Below are positions 1-11,200 of a stretch of DNA of 64,000 nucleotides, in pieces. The DNA is from Eledone cirrhosa (lineage: Eukaryota): positions 58,776,001 to 58,840,000 of the forward strand of contig OZ024740.1 in assembly GCA_964016885.1 (NCBI GenBank), written 5' to 3'. The first letter of the stretch is position 1. Each line of letters starts with the position of its first letter. A model generated the notes under the pieces. That model ran no database searches. It worked only from the letters and a program-made list of their open reading frames with translations, and had not been told where the DNA came from. The position numbers and the translations under genes are program-made.

Positions 1-641
1 TAGTATAGTAAATCTCTCAAAATTCTTCATAAATTAATTAAAAAAGCGAATATTTTATTAGAAATGATGTCACAAAATGGTTCCAAGCCAGATGGTAGTT
101 TTATTTTACTTCAAATGATGTCATTGATAATCTAGTTCTACATGGAATAGCAGCATTAAATATCTACATTCTTCATCATCATCATCATCATCATCGTTTA
201 ACATCTATCTTCCATGCTAGCATGGGTTTATTGAAGAAAAAAACAACAAAACAAAACTATTTCTCATTTTGATTGTGTTTTTAATATTTTCATTAAGAAG
301 AATATTGGTGTTGATATTGAATATCAAGTAAAAGTTATTTCAGTAGAGGAAACACCAGCATTCATTAATAATTACGGTGGATAGTATGTTTCATAAAATA
401 ATGACTTGTACATGTTGTTTCACAAAATAATCCGACCTTGGTAATGTTCTGTGTCTTGTACATTTGCTAAGTGATTAATTGAAAGTTATTGTCTTTAATT
501 GTTTTCTTTCTTCAATATCTATTTTCTTTGCTCATTTTCCAGGTAGGTAGCAACAACATTAAGTGGTGTGTGGGTGTAGATATATATATATATATATAAT
601 AAAAAAAAAAACCCAGATTATATTTATTTATATATATATAT

Positions 642-960
642 GGAGGCACATGGCTTAGTGGTTAGAGCATTGGCTTTGCAATCGAAAAGTTGTGAGTTCG
701 ATTCTCGGACCGCGTGATGCGTTGTGTCCTTGAGCAAGACACTTTATTTCACGTTGCTCTAGTTCACTCAGCTGTAGAAATGAGTTGCGATCTCACTGGT
801 GCCAAACTATATTGGCCATAGCGTTTCCCTTGGACATCATCGGTGGCGTGGAGAGGGGAGACCTGGTATGCATGGGTGACTGCTGGTCTTCCACAAAACA
901 AACCTTGCCCAGGCTTGTGCCTAAGAGGGAAACTTTCTAGGTACAAATTCCATGGTGTGT
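642..960 (+). mobile_element. tRNA-derived CORE-type SINE, full length, with non-RTE tail
   Basis: Pol III A box TGGCTTAGTGG and B box GAGTTCGATTC, then CORE-like GTGTCCTTGAGCAAGACACTTTA...CTGTAGAAATG. Related copies at 13588 and 15860. Confidence 0.8.
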
Positions 961-1016
961 ATACATGTTTGCGTGCAACTCTGTCTCTTTCTCTCTCTCA
1001 TACATGTGTATGTGTG

Positions 1017-2685
1017 TCATCATCATCATCATCATCACCGTTTTACGTCCGTTCTTCCATGCTAGCATGGGTTAGACGGGTTGTCCTGTTGTGGGCAGTG
1101 TCCGGTCGGCTGACCTTGCCTTGCTAATACGGGAACTGATTCTGGCTTGATTTCTACAGCTGGATGCCTTTCCTAACACCAACCTCATTTACAGTGAGTG
1201 CTGGGTGCTTTTTTTCTGTGGCACCTACACGTCCACTTTACAGTGCGGGCTGGGTGCTTTTTTTGCCGTGGCTCCTCCACGACCACTTTGCAGTGGGGGA
1301 TGTGGGGGCATATTGTCTATATGCTTCAGCTTCAGCTTGTACCCATGGGGCGTCGGGTCTTCTGTATTACTGTGTGACGCCAAAGGTCACGGTTGTGTGT
1401 CATCACCCTAGAGAGGTGTAATTGGGTAAGGTCGGCCTTTATCACCTCATCGCAGATCTTCTTGGGTCTCCCCACTCCGCGGTTTCCATCGACTTCTAGT
1501 GCTCTGCACCTTTTTATGCAGCTGTCATCCTTCATACGCATCACATGCCCATACCAACGCAACCTCCTCTCCTGCACACAGCATTTGATTCCTCTTATGC
1601 TCAGTCTCTCTCTCAATTCATTTATGCTTTGCCGTTTGCGCATATTACTATTACACATCCATCGGAGCATGTAGGCTTTGTTTTTATCTAATCTACGCAA
1701 GTCTTCCACAGACAGCACCCAGGTCTCACTACCATTTAACATTGCTGTTCGTATAAACGCATCATACAGTCTGCCTTTCATTTTGAGGGAAAACAGTAAC
1801 AGTAGCTCCCTGAACTTCTTCCATCCCGTTCTTACCCTAGTTATTGTACTTTCCGAACACCACCCCACTGCTAATTCAGTCACCTAGGTAGCAGAAGCTG
1901 TCTACTGTTTCTACAGAGCCTTTCACAATCCATTCATCTACTCCTAGTTTTCTAAGAGCTCACCAGATTATAGCACGGGGGACTCTGTGAAAGGCTTTTT
2001 CCAGATCAACGAATGCCAGGTAGAGCGGCTTACTTTTAGTTAGGTACTTTTCCTGTAACTGCCTCACAAGGAAGAGGGCATCAGTGATGCCTTTTCCTGT
2101 TACAAACCCAAATTGTATCTCATCTATTTTTACCCGGTCCCTAATCACCTGTGCTATAATTCTTTCCATTACTTTCATGACCTGGTCCATCAGCTTTATA
2201 CCTCTATAGTTTCCTCTACCCTTGTAGCAGTTGACAATGAAGCTGCTGCACCACTCCTTTGTATTACCTGGTTAACAATACATGTGGTTATAGTGTGATC
2301 TATCGACCCAGATGCTTTCAGCATCTCGGCAGCTATACCCGATGAACCGGTTGCCTTCCCCATCTTCATATCTTTGATTGCCTTACTTACTACGCTGCTG
2401 CTGACTTGTACTGCTGGCCCCTCTATAGGGTCCACTTGGGGTAGGGTCTCTTCTTCCTATGCATTCTCCTCATTTAGTAATCTATCATAATGACTCTTCC
2501 ATGCATCTTTCTTCTCAGCATTTGTGAGGGCAAGCTCACCTTTATCATTCCAGATACACTTCTCTCCAATGACATCACAATTCTCTCTGACACACTGCCT
2601 CGCAATCTTGAACACCTCCTGTTTCTGTTCCTCACGTTGCAAAACATGCTTGAATTTTCTATCCTCCGCTTCCCTTCTAGCTAAG
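1017..2685 (-). mobile_element. RTE-clade LINE, 5'-truncated and internally deleted
   Basis: Fragmented RT ORFs (QFGFVTGKGITDALF, LAFVDLEKAF, QERRLRWYGHVMR, GRPKK) and a 3' tail ending in (TGA)n. The YADD core is missing across a junction near 1921. Confidence 0.9.
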
Positions 2686-2933
2686 TATACTTGTATGTGT
2701 GTGTGCACATATATACACATGTGAGTATATATATGCATCTCATTCTCTTACACACACACTCTTTCCATATATCCATATATATATATATATATATCATTTA
2801 ATAATTATTTCCCATATATAATGTGTTTGTCTTTCTCTCTGCATAACAGCAAAATGAACATTAAATGATGATGATATATATATATATATATATAATATAT
2901 AAGAACAAAAGATGGTTGAAAGAGTTCCATGTA

Positions 2934-3000
2934 TTTTATTATGCGCATTTCAAAAACAAATATCATCATGCAATAATATTTGTGTTTTCATCAGATAAAA
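2934..3000 (-). ncRNA. Type I hammerhead ribozyme (family A), inverted copy
   Basis: Reverse complement of 3123-3189 with an intact core. Confidence 0.8.
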
Positions 3001-3122
3001 CAGGAAGACATGATATGAAGGTTAAAAAACACTTGTGGATAGTTCAGTTTTAAATCAACATATGTTGATTTAAAACTGAACTATCCACAAGTGTTTTTTA
3101 ACCTTCATATCATGTCTTCCTG

Positions 3123-3189
3123 TTTTATCTGATGAAAACACAAATATTATTGCATGATGATATTTGTTTTTGAAATGCGCATAATAAAA
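3123..3189 (+). ncRNA. Type I hammerhead ribozyme (family A)
   Basis: TTTTAT-CTGATGA-stem II hairpin-GAAA-TGCGCA-TA-ATAAAA. Stem I is TTTTAT/ATAAAA, stem III is palindromic, cleavage triplet AUA. Confidence 0.85.
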
Positions 3190-3314
3190 TACATGGAACT
3201 CTTTTTACCATCTTTTGTTCTTATATATTATGTATACTCCAGTCCTACAAACTGTAGAGTGCTTCTTATCCGATATCTGCATTGCTTTATTGTACTACAA
3301 TAAAACTCACCTCC

Positions 3315-3397
<83 letters not shown>

Positions 3398-3610
3398 TAT
3401 CCTAATCATCATCAAGAATGTTTAACATCCATTTTATCACGCTAGCATATGTTAGATGAGTTGTCTTGTTGTGGTCAGATGATCATGTCTTGCTCATACA
3501 GAACTGATTTTGGCTTGGCTTGGCTTCTATCACTAGATGCTCTTCCTTACGCAAACCACATTTGGTAGTGAATTCTATCGCGTAGTGAATAGTCACTTCC
3601 ATAATTATAG

Positions 3611-3719
3611 GCTTTCTGATGAAGTGTGATAAATAATTAAGTATTGCATATGCTTGAACAATATATATTGTAGTCAGCATATGTAGACAATTATAATAGG
3701 CACAGAAACATGTTAAAAC
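3611..3719 (+). ncRNA. Putative hammerhead ribozyme with about 80-nt extended stem II (family B)
   Basis: GCTTT-CTGATGA, long hairpin (ATAATT/AATTAT, GCATATGCT/AGCATATGT, ACAATA/TATTGT), GAAA-CATG-TT-AAAAC. Somewhat decayed. Confidence 0.6.
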
Positions 3720-4224
3720 AGATAAATTCCCAATCTTCTTTCTCGCCAATGTTTATATTTTTCTTGGTGCAATACTTGCTTATATATATCATCATCATAT
3801 ATATATATATATATGCTAGTATGGGAAAGCAGATATTAAATGAGGATATATATATATATTATTATACAACCATTTCCCATGCTGGCATGCATTGGACGAG
3901 TTATCACAGACCATGTCAGTATTTAATAAGAGCAACTGTCCTTCTAGGCACTTTCATATTTTCTAGTTTTGTCATCTTTTTCATGGTTGAATGCTCTTCT
4001 AATGCCAACAACTTTACAATGTGTACTAGGTGCTTTTATCATTGAACTAACTCTTTGTTTAGCATTGTTTCTATGGTTGGATACTCCTTTTATTATATTG
4101 ACAAGATCCCAGACCTCATTCACTTAATGAGTGTGGTGGAGCTCAAAATCGGATTGAGGAAACAATGTTTTCATTGGTCTTTCCAATTGCTAATACTATC
4201 TGTCGGTCATAAATCCAGGCAGAA

Positions 4225-4343
4225 GGAGCAACTTGAAATAAAGTGTCTTGTTCAAGGACATAAAGCATTGCCCGGTCCAGGTATCGACATCATAACATCA
4301 TGATTGTGAATCCAATTCTCTAACCACTCAGCCACACGCCTTC
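4225..4343 (-). mobile_element. CORE-type SINE 5' part, diverged
   Basis: Reverse complement of the SINE head and CORE segment (AAATAAAGTGTCTTGTTCAAGGACA...TAACCACTCAGCCAC). Confidence 0.65.
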
Positions 4344-4360
4344 ATCATTGTTTTATATAT

Positions 4361-4800
4361 CATCATCATCATCATCATCAACGTTTAACGTCCGTGTTCC
4401 ACGCTTGCATGGGTTTGGACGGGGGTAGTCCCACTTGAGGCAAGAGTGATTGTCTTGCTTGCATAGGACTGTCTGGCAGGTTTTCTACAGTTGGATGCCC
4501 TTCCTAACACCAACCACATTTACAGTGTGGGTCTGGGAGGTTTTTACCGTGTTGCCTACACGGCCACATTACAGCGTGGACTGTGTGTTTTTTTGTCGTG
4601 ACACCTACACGATCTCATTTGTTTCGGCCTGGATGGCGCGGCACCAACATAACTTTACATAGAACGGGGTGGTGTGGATGGGGTGGGGGTGGTGGCGGGA
4701 CGGGGTGTATTTTGTTAGAGATGCCTACTGGCAAGGCGGGTCTTCTCTGTTACTGAGTACCGCCAAAGGTCACGGTCCAGTGACATTGTCTTGGAGAGGT
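4361..4800 (-). mobile_element. RTE LINE 3' end (severely 5'-truncated)
   Basis: (CAT)n plus the tail shared with 49421-49870 and 56660-56930. Ends in the last ORF codons at 4740-4800. Confidence 0.8.
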
Positions 4801-4810
4801 ATATATATAT

Positions 4811-5160
4811 AAAAGGAGATTAATATCCCCACAGGTACTAAGTACCCCTGAAAATATATAGGGTGTCTATGATACAGTGGTGTTCTATGGTATTAATTTG
4901 ACATACCAGAACTATAAAATTGAGATAAGCGGAGCAACTTAAATTCAAACAATTTCTCAAAATAAATTAAAAAATATAATTTAAATATTTACCTAATCCA
5001 TTTGCTTTTACCGACGGTTTCACCTTACAAAAGATTGGAGATCCTAGCGACTTCCAATGTGAAACCGTCGGTAAAAGCAAATGGATTAGGTAAATATTTA
5101 AATTATATTTTTTAATTTATTTTGAGAAATTGTTAGAATTTTACTTGCTCCACTTATCTC

Positions 5161-5165
<5 letters not shown>
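4811..5165 (-). repeat. Fold-back element: about 105-bp inverted arms (4917-5023 / 5059-5165) plus unpaired tail 4811-4916, between (TA)n tracts
   Basis: Arms are reverse complements (TGAGATAAG...CGGTTTCAC / GTGAAACCG...CTTATCTCA). They contain only the 3' half of a hammerhead (GAAACCGTCGGTA). Confidence 0.75.
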
Positions 5166-5258
<93 letters not shown>

Positions 5259-5297
5259 ATATATATATATATGTGTGTATATATATATATGTGTGTG

Positions 5298-5344
<47 letters not shown>

Positions 5345-5376
5345 AGATCAAAAGATGGTTAAAGGAGTTCAATATA

Positions 5377-5443
5377 TTTTATTATGCGCATTTCAAAAAC
5401 AAACATCATCAAACAATAATATTTGTGTTTTCATCAGATAAAA
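5377..5443 (-). ncRNA. Type I hammerhead ribozyme (family A), left arm
   Basis: Reverse complement of 8609-8675. Confidence 0.8.
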
Positions 5444-6997
5444 CAGGAGAACATGATATGAAGGCTAAAAAAACACTTGTTGATAGTGCAGTTTTAAATC
5501 AACATATGAAAAGTGGTTTTAGATTGATGTGTGATATTGGGAAAAATATTTTATTTAGAGAGGGAGGGAGAGAAAAGGATGAAAAGGGAAGGAGATGAGA
5601 GGGAGAGATGGGTGATAGAGAGAAAGAGATAGTTTTTATAACAGAGAGGAGATATATTTTATATAGAGGGGTTGAAAACCGTTGGAAGATACTGTATAAA
5701 TTAAAAATTTTGAAAATTAACGAAGGGAGGATATGTGCGAGGAAAAAATATATTATATTTAGGGAGGGGTGGGGGTGGAAAGGATGAAAAAAAGGGGAGG
5801 AGATGAGAGTGAAGGTGGAAAGGGAGAGATGGGTGATAGAGAGAAAGAGATAGTTTTTATAACTGAGAAAAAAATATAGAGAGGTTGGGAACCGTTGGAA
5901 GATAATGTATAAATTAAAGGAATTTGAAAATTAACGAAGGGAAATTATGTATGGAGATAGAGAGAAAAAAATAACGAAGGGAGATTATGTATGGAGATAG
6001 AGAGAAAAAAATAATAATTGTGGGTGAATATTCTAACGTCAAAAGGAGAAATGTAGGAATTTTAAAATTAGCAAAGAGAAAAAGTTTATGTGTAGGATTT
6101 GAGAAAAATAATGTGAAGTTAAAGTTTTTATATTGAATTCATATGTATTAATAATGAGTTCGTTGATGGGGAGAAAAAAAAATAATAATAAATTAAGGAT
6201 GAAATTGAGATTAAAAAGATTTATGATAGAGAGAAAAAATAATGATGATTGCGGATGAATACTCAAAATGTCAAAAACAAATGTTATTGTTTTACGAGGA
6301 GATATAATGAGGGTGATGAGTAAACGGGTATTATAGAGTGTATAATGCCCTTTAAAGTAAGGTAGATGGGTATATTTTAAAGAATATATGAGTATATATT
6401 AAAAAAATATATAATAATAAATTAAGGATGAAATTGAGATTAAAAAGATTTATGATAGAGGGAAAAAAAAAATAATAATGATTGCGGATGAATATTCAAA
6501 ATGTCAAAAACAAATGTTATTGTTTACGAGAAGATAGGGAAAAGAGTAAACGAGTATTATAGAGTGTATAATGCCCTTTAAAGTAAGGTAGATGGGTATA
6601 TTTTAAAGAGGTGTATGTATATGTGCCTTTGAGAAAAGATTCTAAATTGATAAAGAATTGAATATTAACTGTATACTTTGTGAAAAGTTCTATGGAATTT
6701 ATGCAGGCAGATGGAAAACAAATCCGAGCGTCTATTTATTATGGATTCTAGGTTAGAGATAATGGTAAATTTTTCATTTAGGCAAAGATTACAGATTTTA
6801 GATAGAGAACTGTTCAAGTACGAGGATGCAGAAGAAATCTTTTTCCAAAAGATGTTATATTTAATGTTTTTGTCTTTTAAGGACCATATGAGTTCTGAGA
6901 GAGCAGTGTTAGTTCTTTTAAGTTTGTATTTGAAAGATGAATGATGATTATAGAGACGAGCTTTAAAAGAGGTGGAAGTGGAGCCAAAATAGGTGAA

Positions 6998-7369
6998 GGA
7001 ATTTATGAATGTAAAATTATAACTAGCACCAATTCCTTCACCTATTTTGGCTCCACTTCCACCTCTTTTAAAGCTCGTCTCTATAATCATCATTCATCTT
7101 TCAAATACAAACTTAAAAGAACTAACACTGCTCTCTCAGAACTCATATGGTCCTTAAAAGACAAAAACATTAAATATAACATCTTTTGGAAAAAGATTTC
7201 TTCTGCATCCTCGTACTTGAACAGTTCTCTATCTAAAATCTGTAATCTTTGCCTAAATGAAAAATTTACCATTATCTCTAACCTAGAATCCATAATAAAT
7301 AGACGCTCGGATTTGTTTTCCATCTGCCTGCATAAATTCCATAGAACTTTTCACAAAGTATACAGTTAA
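6998..7369 (+). pseudogene. GIY-YIG endonuclease C-terminal domain of a PLE (5'-truncated; mirrored on minus strand 6665-7003)
   Basis: IYECKI...TYFGST...FKARLYNH...TALSELIWSLK...CNLCLNEK...NRRSDLFSICLH matches PLE GIY-YIG motifs. The ORF N-terminus is read-through from the inverted arm. Confidence 0.85.
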
Positions 7370-8608
7370 TATTCAATTCTTTATCAATTTAGAATCTTTT
7401 CTCAAAGGCACATATACATACACCTCTTTAAAATATACCCATCTACCTTACTTTAAAGGGCATTATACACTCTATAATACTCGTTTACTCTTTTCCCTAT
7501 CTTCTCGTAAACAATAACATTTGTTTTTGACATTTTGAATATTCATCCGCAATCATTATTATTTTTTTTTTTTTCCCTCTATCATAAATCTTTTTAATCT
7601 CAATTTCATCCTTAATTTATTATTATATATTTTTTTTAATATATACTCATATATTCTTTAAAATATACCCATCTACCTTACTTTAAAGGGCATTATACAC
7701 TCTATAATACCCGTTTACTCATCACCCTCATTATATCTCCTCGTAAAACAATAACATTTGTTTTTGACATTTTGAGTATTCATCCGCAATCATCATTATT
7801 TTTTCTCTCTATCATAAATCTTTTTAATCTCAATTTCATCCTTAATTTATTATTATTATTTTTTCTCCCCATCAACGAACTCATTATTAATACATATGAA
7901 TTCAATATAAAAACTTTAACTTCACATTATTTTTCTCAAATCCTACACATAAACTTTTTCTCTTTGCTAATTTTAAAATTCCTACATTTCTCCTTTTGAC
8001 GTTAGAATATTCACCCACAATTATTATTTTTTTCTCTCTATCTCCATACATAATCTCCCTTCGTTATTTTTTTCTCTCTATCTCCATACATAATTTCCCT
8101 TCGTTAATTTTCAAATTCCTTTAATTTATACATTATCTTCCAACGGTTCCCAACCTCTCTATATTAAAACATTATATCTTTTTCTCAGTTATAAAAACTA
8201 TCTCTTTCTCTCTATCACCCATCTCTCCCTTTCCACCTTCACTCTCATCTCCTCCCCTTTTTTTCATCCTTTCCACCCCCACCCCTCCCTAAATATAATA
8301 TATTTTTTCCTCGCACATATCCTCCCTTCGTTAATTTTCAAAATTTTTAATTTATACAGTATCTTCCAACGGTTTTCAACCCCTCTATATAAAATATATC
8401 TCCTCTCTGTTATAAAAACTATCTCTTTCTCTCTATCACCCATCTCTCCCTCTCATCTCCTTCCCTTTTCATCCTTTTCTCTCCCTCCCTCTCTAAATAA
8501 AATATTTTTCCCAATATCACACATCAATCTAAAACCACTTTTCATATGTTGATTTAAAACTGCACTATCAACAAGTGTTTTTTTTAGCCTTCATATCATG
8601 TTCTCCTG

Positions 8609-8675
8609 TTTTATCTGATGAAAACACAAATATTATTGTTTGATGATGTTTGTTTTTGAAATGCGCATAATAAAA
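8609..8675 (+). ncRNA. Type I hammerhead ribozyme (family A) in the PLE 3' terminus
   Basis: TTTTAT-CTGATGA-hairpin-GAAA-TGCGCA-TA-ATAAAA. Confidence 0.85.
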
Positions 8676-8796
8676 TATATTGAACTCCTTTAACCATCTT
8701 TTGATCTTATATTATGCATACTCCAGTCCCACAAACTGTAGAGTGCTTCTTATCCGATATCTGCATTGCTTTATTGTACTACAATAAAACTCACCT

Positions 8797-8843
<47 letters not shown>

Positions 8844-8846
8844 GTA

Positions 8847-8888
<42 letters not shown>

Positions 8889-9117
8889 AGAGTTAGGACC
8901 CCGATGGATGAGTTCTTGCAATATATATATTATGTGGTGTAATTTAGTAAAGAATATCCAAAGTTGGGAGAATACTTTCACCCTGAAAGGAAAAAATCAC
9001 AACTATTACAAAATGGAGTCAATGGAGGCTGACGTATTGTGGCTTGGCTCAGAAATATTTTAAATAGGCAGCCAAAGATATACGTGTACCTATGTGTCAG
9101 CATAGATAGTGTAATAA

Positions 9118-9178
<61 letters not shown>

Positions 9179-9182
9179 TATA

Positions 9183-10495
9183 CGAGGGGGGATCAAAAAG
9201 TTCGCGGAATTTTATCGTAGTAAGAAAAAAATAGGTTTAAAACAATATTAAACATGTCAGAACATTGTCACTGGGTGTTTACTTTGCTATTAGTCACTTG
9301 CAGTCAGTTATGCGCGGACTATTGTAAAGTACTGACATTCTTTAAAAAACCTTTTTTTGTAACAATGGAAAATAGTTATTTTGAGATAAGATCGAATATC
9401 AAGTTTCTGGTGAAACTCAAATGGAAAGGGACACAGATTATGGAGGCTTTAGTTAAAGTTTACGGTACTACTGCTCCAAAGAAAACTGCTGTCTACAAGT
9501 GGATTCAGCGATTCAAACAAGGGAGAGATGACCTTGAAGATGACCATCGCAGTGGAAGACTAGGAACATCAAAAAATGACCAAAACGTTGAGGCTGCTCA
9601 GACTTTAATTGAAGAAGATCGAAGAATAACAGTTAATCAGTTAGCTAAGTCCCTAGACATTTCATATGGTTCGGCAAATTCAATTCTTCACGATAATTTG
9701 GGACTAAGCAAGCTTTCAGCGCCATGGGTCCCAAAAGCGTTGCGCCCTGATCAGCTGATTCTTCAAAGTGATCTGTCTTTGGCGATATTAAACAAAATTG
9801 AAGTTGATGAAGAGCATTTCCTGACCAGAATCATCACCAGAGATGAAACCTGGATCTACCAGTATGATCCTGAATCCAAACAGCAGTCAAAACAGTGGCT
9901 TCCACATGGATCATCGGGACAAATCAAGTTCAAATCTCAAAAAACGGATCAAAAAGTGATGGCCACCATTTTCTGGGATTCAGATGGGGTGATACTAATA
10001 GATTATCTTGAAGGTCAAAGAACTGTGACAGGAGCTTACTATGCAAATGTTTTAAGGAAGCTGAAAGAGGCATTAGTCAAGAAACAAAAAGGGAAACTAC
10101 ATGGTGGGATCTTGTTTGATCGTGACAATGCACCAGTGCATTCTGCGCGGGTTGCAAAAGAAGTTCTTCGAGAATTTCGATGGGAAGTCCTTCCTCACCC
10201 GCCTTATAGTCCAGATTTAGCCCCATCAGACTTTTTCCTTTTTCCAAAACTCAAAGAAATGCTAAAAGGAATCCATTTTAGTGGTGTTGAAGAAGCTAAA
10301 AACACTGCCAGTACATGGCTTCGAACAAGGCCTTCAACTTTCTTTAGAGATGGCTTACGAAGCTGGAAGCATCGCCTTGTGAAGTGTATTGACCTGGATG
10401 GCAACTATGTAAAAAAATAAATTGAAGGTAAATCATATTTTGTGAAAAATAGAATATTTTCTGAAAAATTCTGCGAAATATTTGATCCCCCCTCG
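9183..10495 (+). mobile_element. Full-length mariner (DD34D) DNA transposon
   Basis: TIRs CGAGGGGGGATCAAA.../...TTTGATCCCCCCTCG, TA on both flanks, 1.3 kb. Confidence 0.95.
9365..10420 (+). CDS. Mariner transposase, uninterrupted ORF (351 aa from MENSY)
   Basis: HTH region, WVPKAL, TRDETW, DNAPVH and YSPDLAPSD. 34 residues lie between the second and third Asp. Confidence 0.9.
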   Translation: MENSYFEIRSNIKFLVKLKWKGTQIMEALVKVYGTTAPKKTAVYKWIQRFKQGRDDLEDDHRSGRLGTSKNDQNVEAAQTLIEEDRRITVNQLAKSLDISYGSANSILHDNLGLSKLSAPWVPKALRPDQLILQSDLSLAILNKIEVDEEHFLTRIITRDETWIYQYDPESKQQSKQWLPHGSSGQIKFKSQKTDQKVMATIFWDSDGVILIDYLEGQRTVTGAYYANVLRKLKEALVKKQKGKLHGGILFDRDNAPVHSARVAKEVLREFRWEVLPHPPYSPDLAPSDFFLFPKLKEMLKGIHFSGVEEAKNTASTWLRTRPSTFFRDGLRSWKHRLVKCIDLDGNYVKK

Positions 10496-10829
10496 TATAT
10501 ATAGTTTGGATCTAACTGTCAAAATGCCTGGAACTCAGCCGTCGGGGTCCTGACTCTTTCCTATTACCCACTCTACTACCCTAAGTATCAAGTACTTTGG
10601 TGCACGTTATGGTCCACCTGGTTCCTTACCACACTTTCTTTGTTATATATATATATATGCCAGGTGGTGTTATTAAGTTAGGCATGGCTTGGGCCAATAC
10701 TGGCCAAAACATACCAAAGTTATGTGTGTGTGTGTGTAGGATATTCATAGTAGCATTATTTTGAAAGCTATTAATATGATGTTTAAATTTTAGTTTTTTT
10801 TATCAGGTTGGAGTCATCAGTTATTTTGG

Positions 10830-11200
10830 TGATGTCATTAGACTTTACCACAAACGCAATGAGGATATCATGTACATAAATAAAAACTCTAACTTCCTCC
10901 CCATAATCATAACAAAGTTAGTAGACATTATACATAGAGTATACAGCGCAACATTCAACTGAGTCACACCCTATGATAAAAAGATGCTCCTTCAAAAAAT
11001 AACGTATGTGGAAAATGTCCCAGAAAACAGTAGATATAGGGGGAGGGGGACATCATAGCAGTCTACAACATGAGAATATAACCCAATATAGCCCTCAATT
11101 TTCAGTCTCTGGTTAGTTAACATTTTCACATAAATATGATGAACTTTGATAAGAATAAATATTAAGGCTAGCTGCAGTTGCTTAAATAATATGAAAGCAT
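10830..11200 (+). pseudogene. Degraded Penelope-like RT C-terminal/linker fragment
   Basis: Peptides RLYHKRNEDIMYINKNSNFLPIII and INIKASCSCLNNMK resemble PLE motifs (YRKPN..YI...SNHPP.I; TIKLSYSCMPNM). Confidence 0.5.

Larger units (their letters stand above)
2893..3317 (+). mobile_element. Short Penelope-like fold-back remnant: spacerless palindrome 2893-3230 plus unpaired 3' tail, in (TA)n
   Basis: Near-perfect inverted arms centred at 3061/3062. Same sequence and tail as the end of the 5338-8800 element. Confidence 0.85.
5338..8800 (+). mobile_element. Penelope-like retroelement, 5'-truncated, forming a 3.4-kb palindrome (arms 5338-7003 and 7031-8714, 27-nt spacer, tail 8715-8800)
   Basis: Mirror-image ORFs on both strands, a GIY-YIG C-terminus, hammerheads at both outer ends and flanking (TA)n tracts. 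Confidence 0.9.

Noticed and set aside
490-550. Possible splice acceptor or micro-exon (pyrimidine tract, TTTTCCAG|GTAG)
   Set aside because: No supportable exon ORF. It cannot be distinguished from chance without RNA data.
642-715. tRNA gene
   Set aside because: It has A/B boxes but no acceptor stem, and it runs into the SINE body in many copies.
1900-1940. RT-core deletion in the RTE as a spliced-out intron
   Set aside because: Compared with the fuller copies, the junction does not coincide with GT...AG boundaries.
5130-5372. YIYIYI / CVCVCV / poly-E/K ORFs (also 18407-18811, 20666-20994, 59700-59961)
   Set aside because: These are translations of microsatellites.
6039-7999. Paired identical ORFs on opposite strands (75 aa, 77 aa) as duplicated genes
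   Set aside because: They are by-products of the palindrome. Only the GIY-YIG frame has recognisable motifs.
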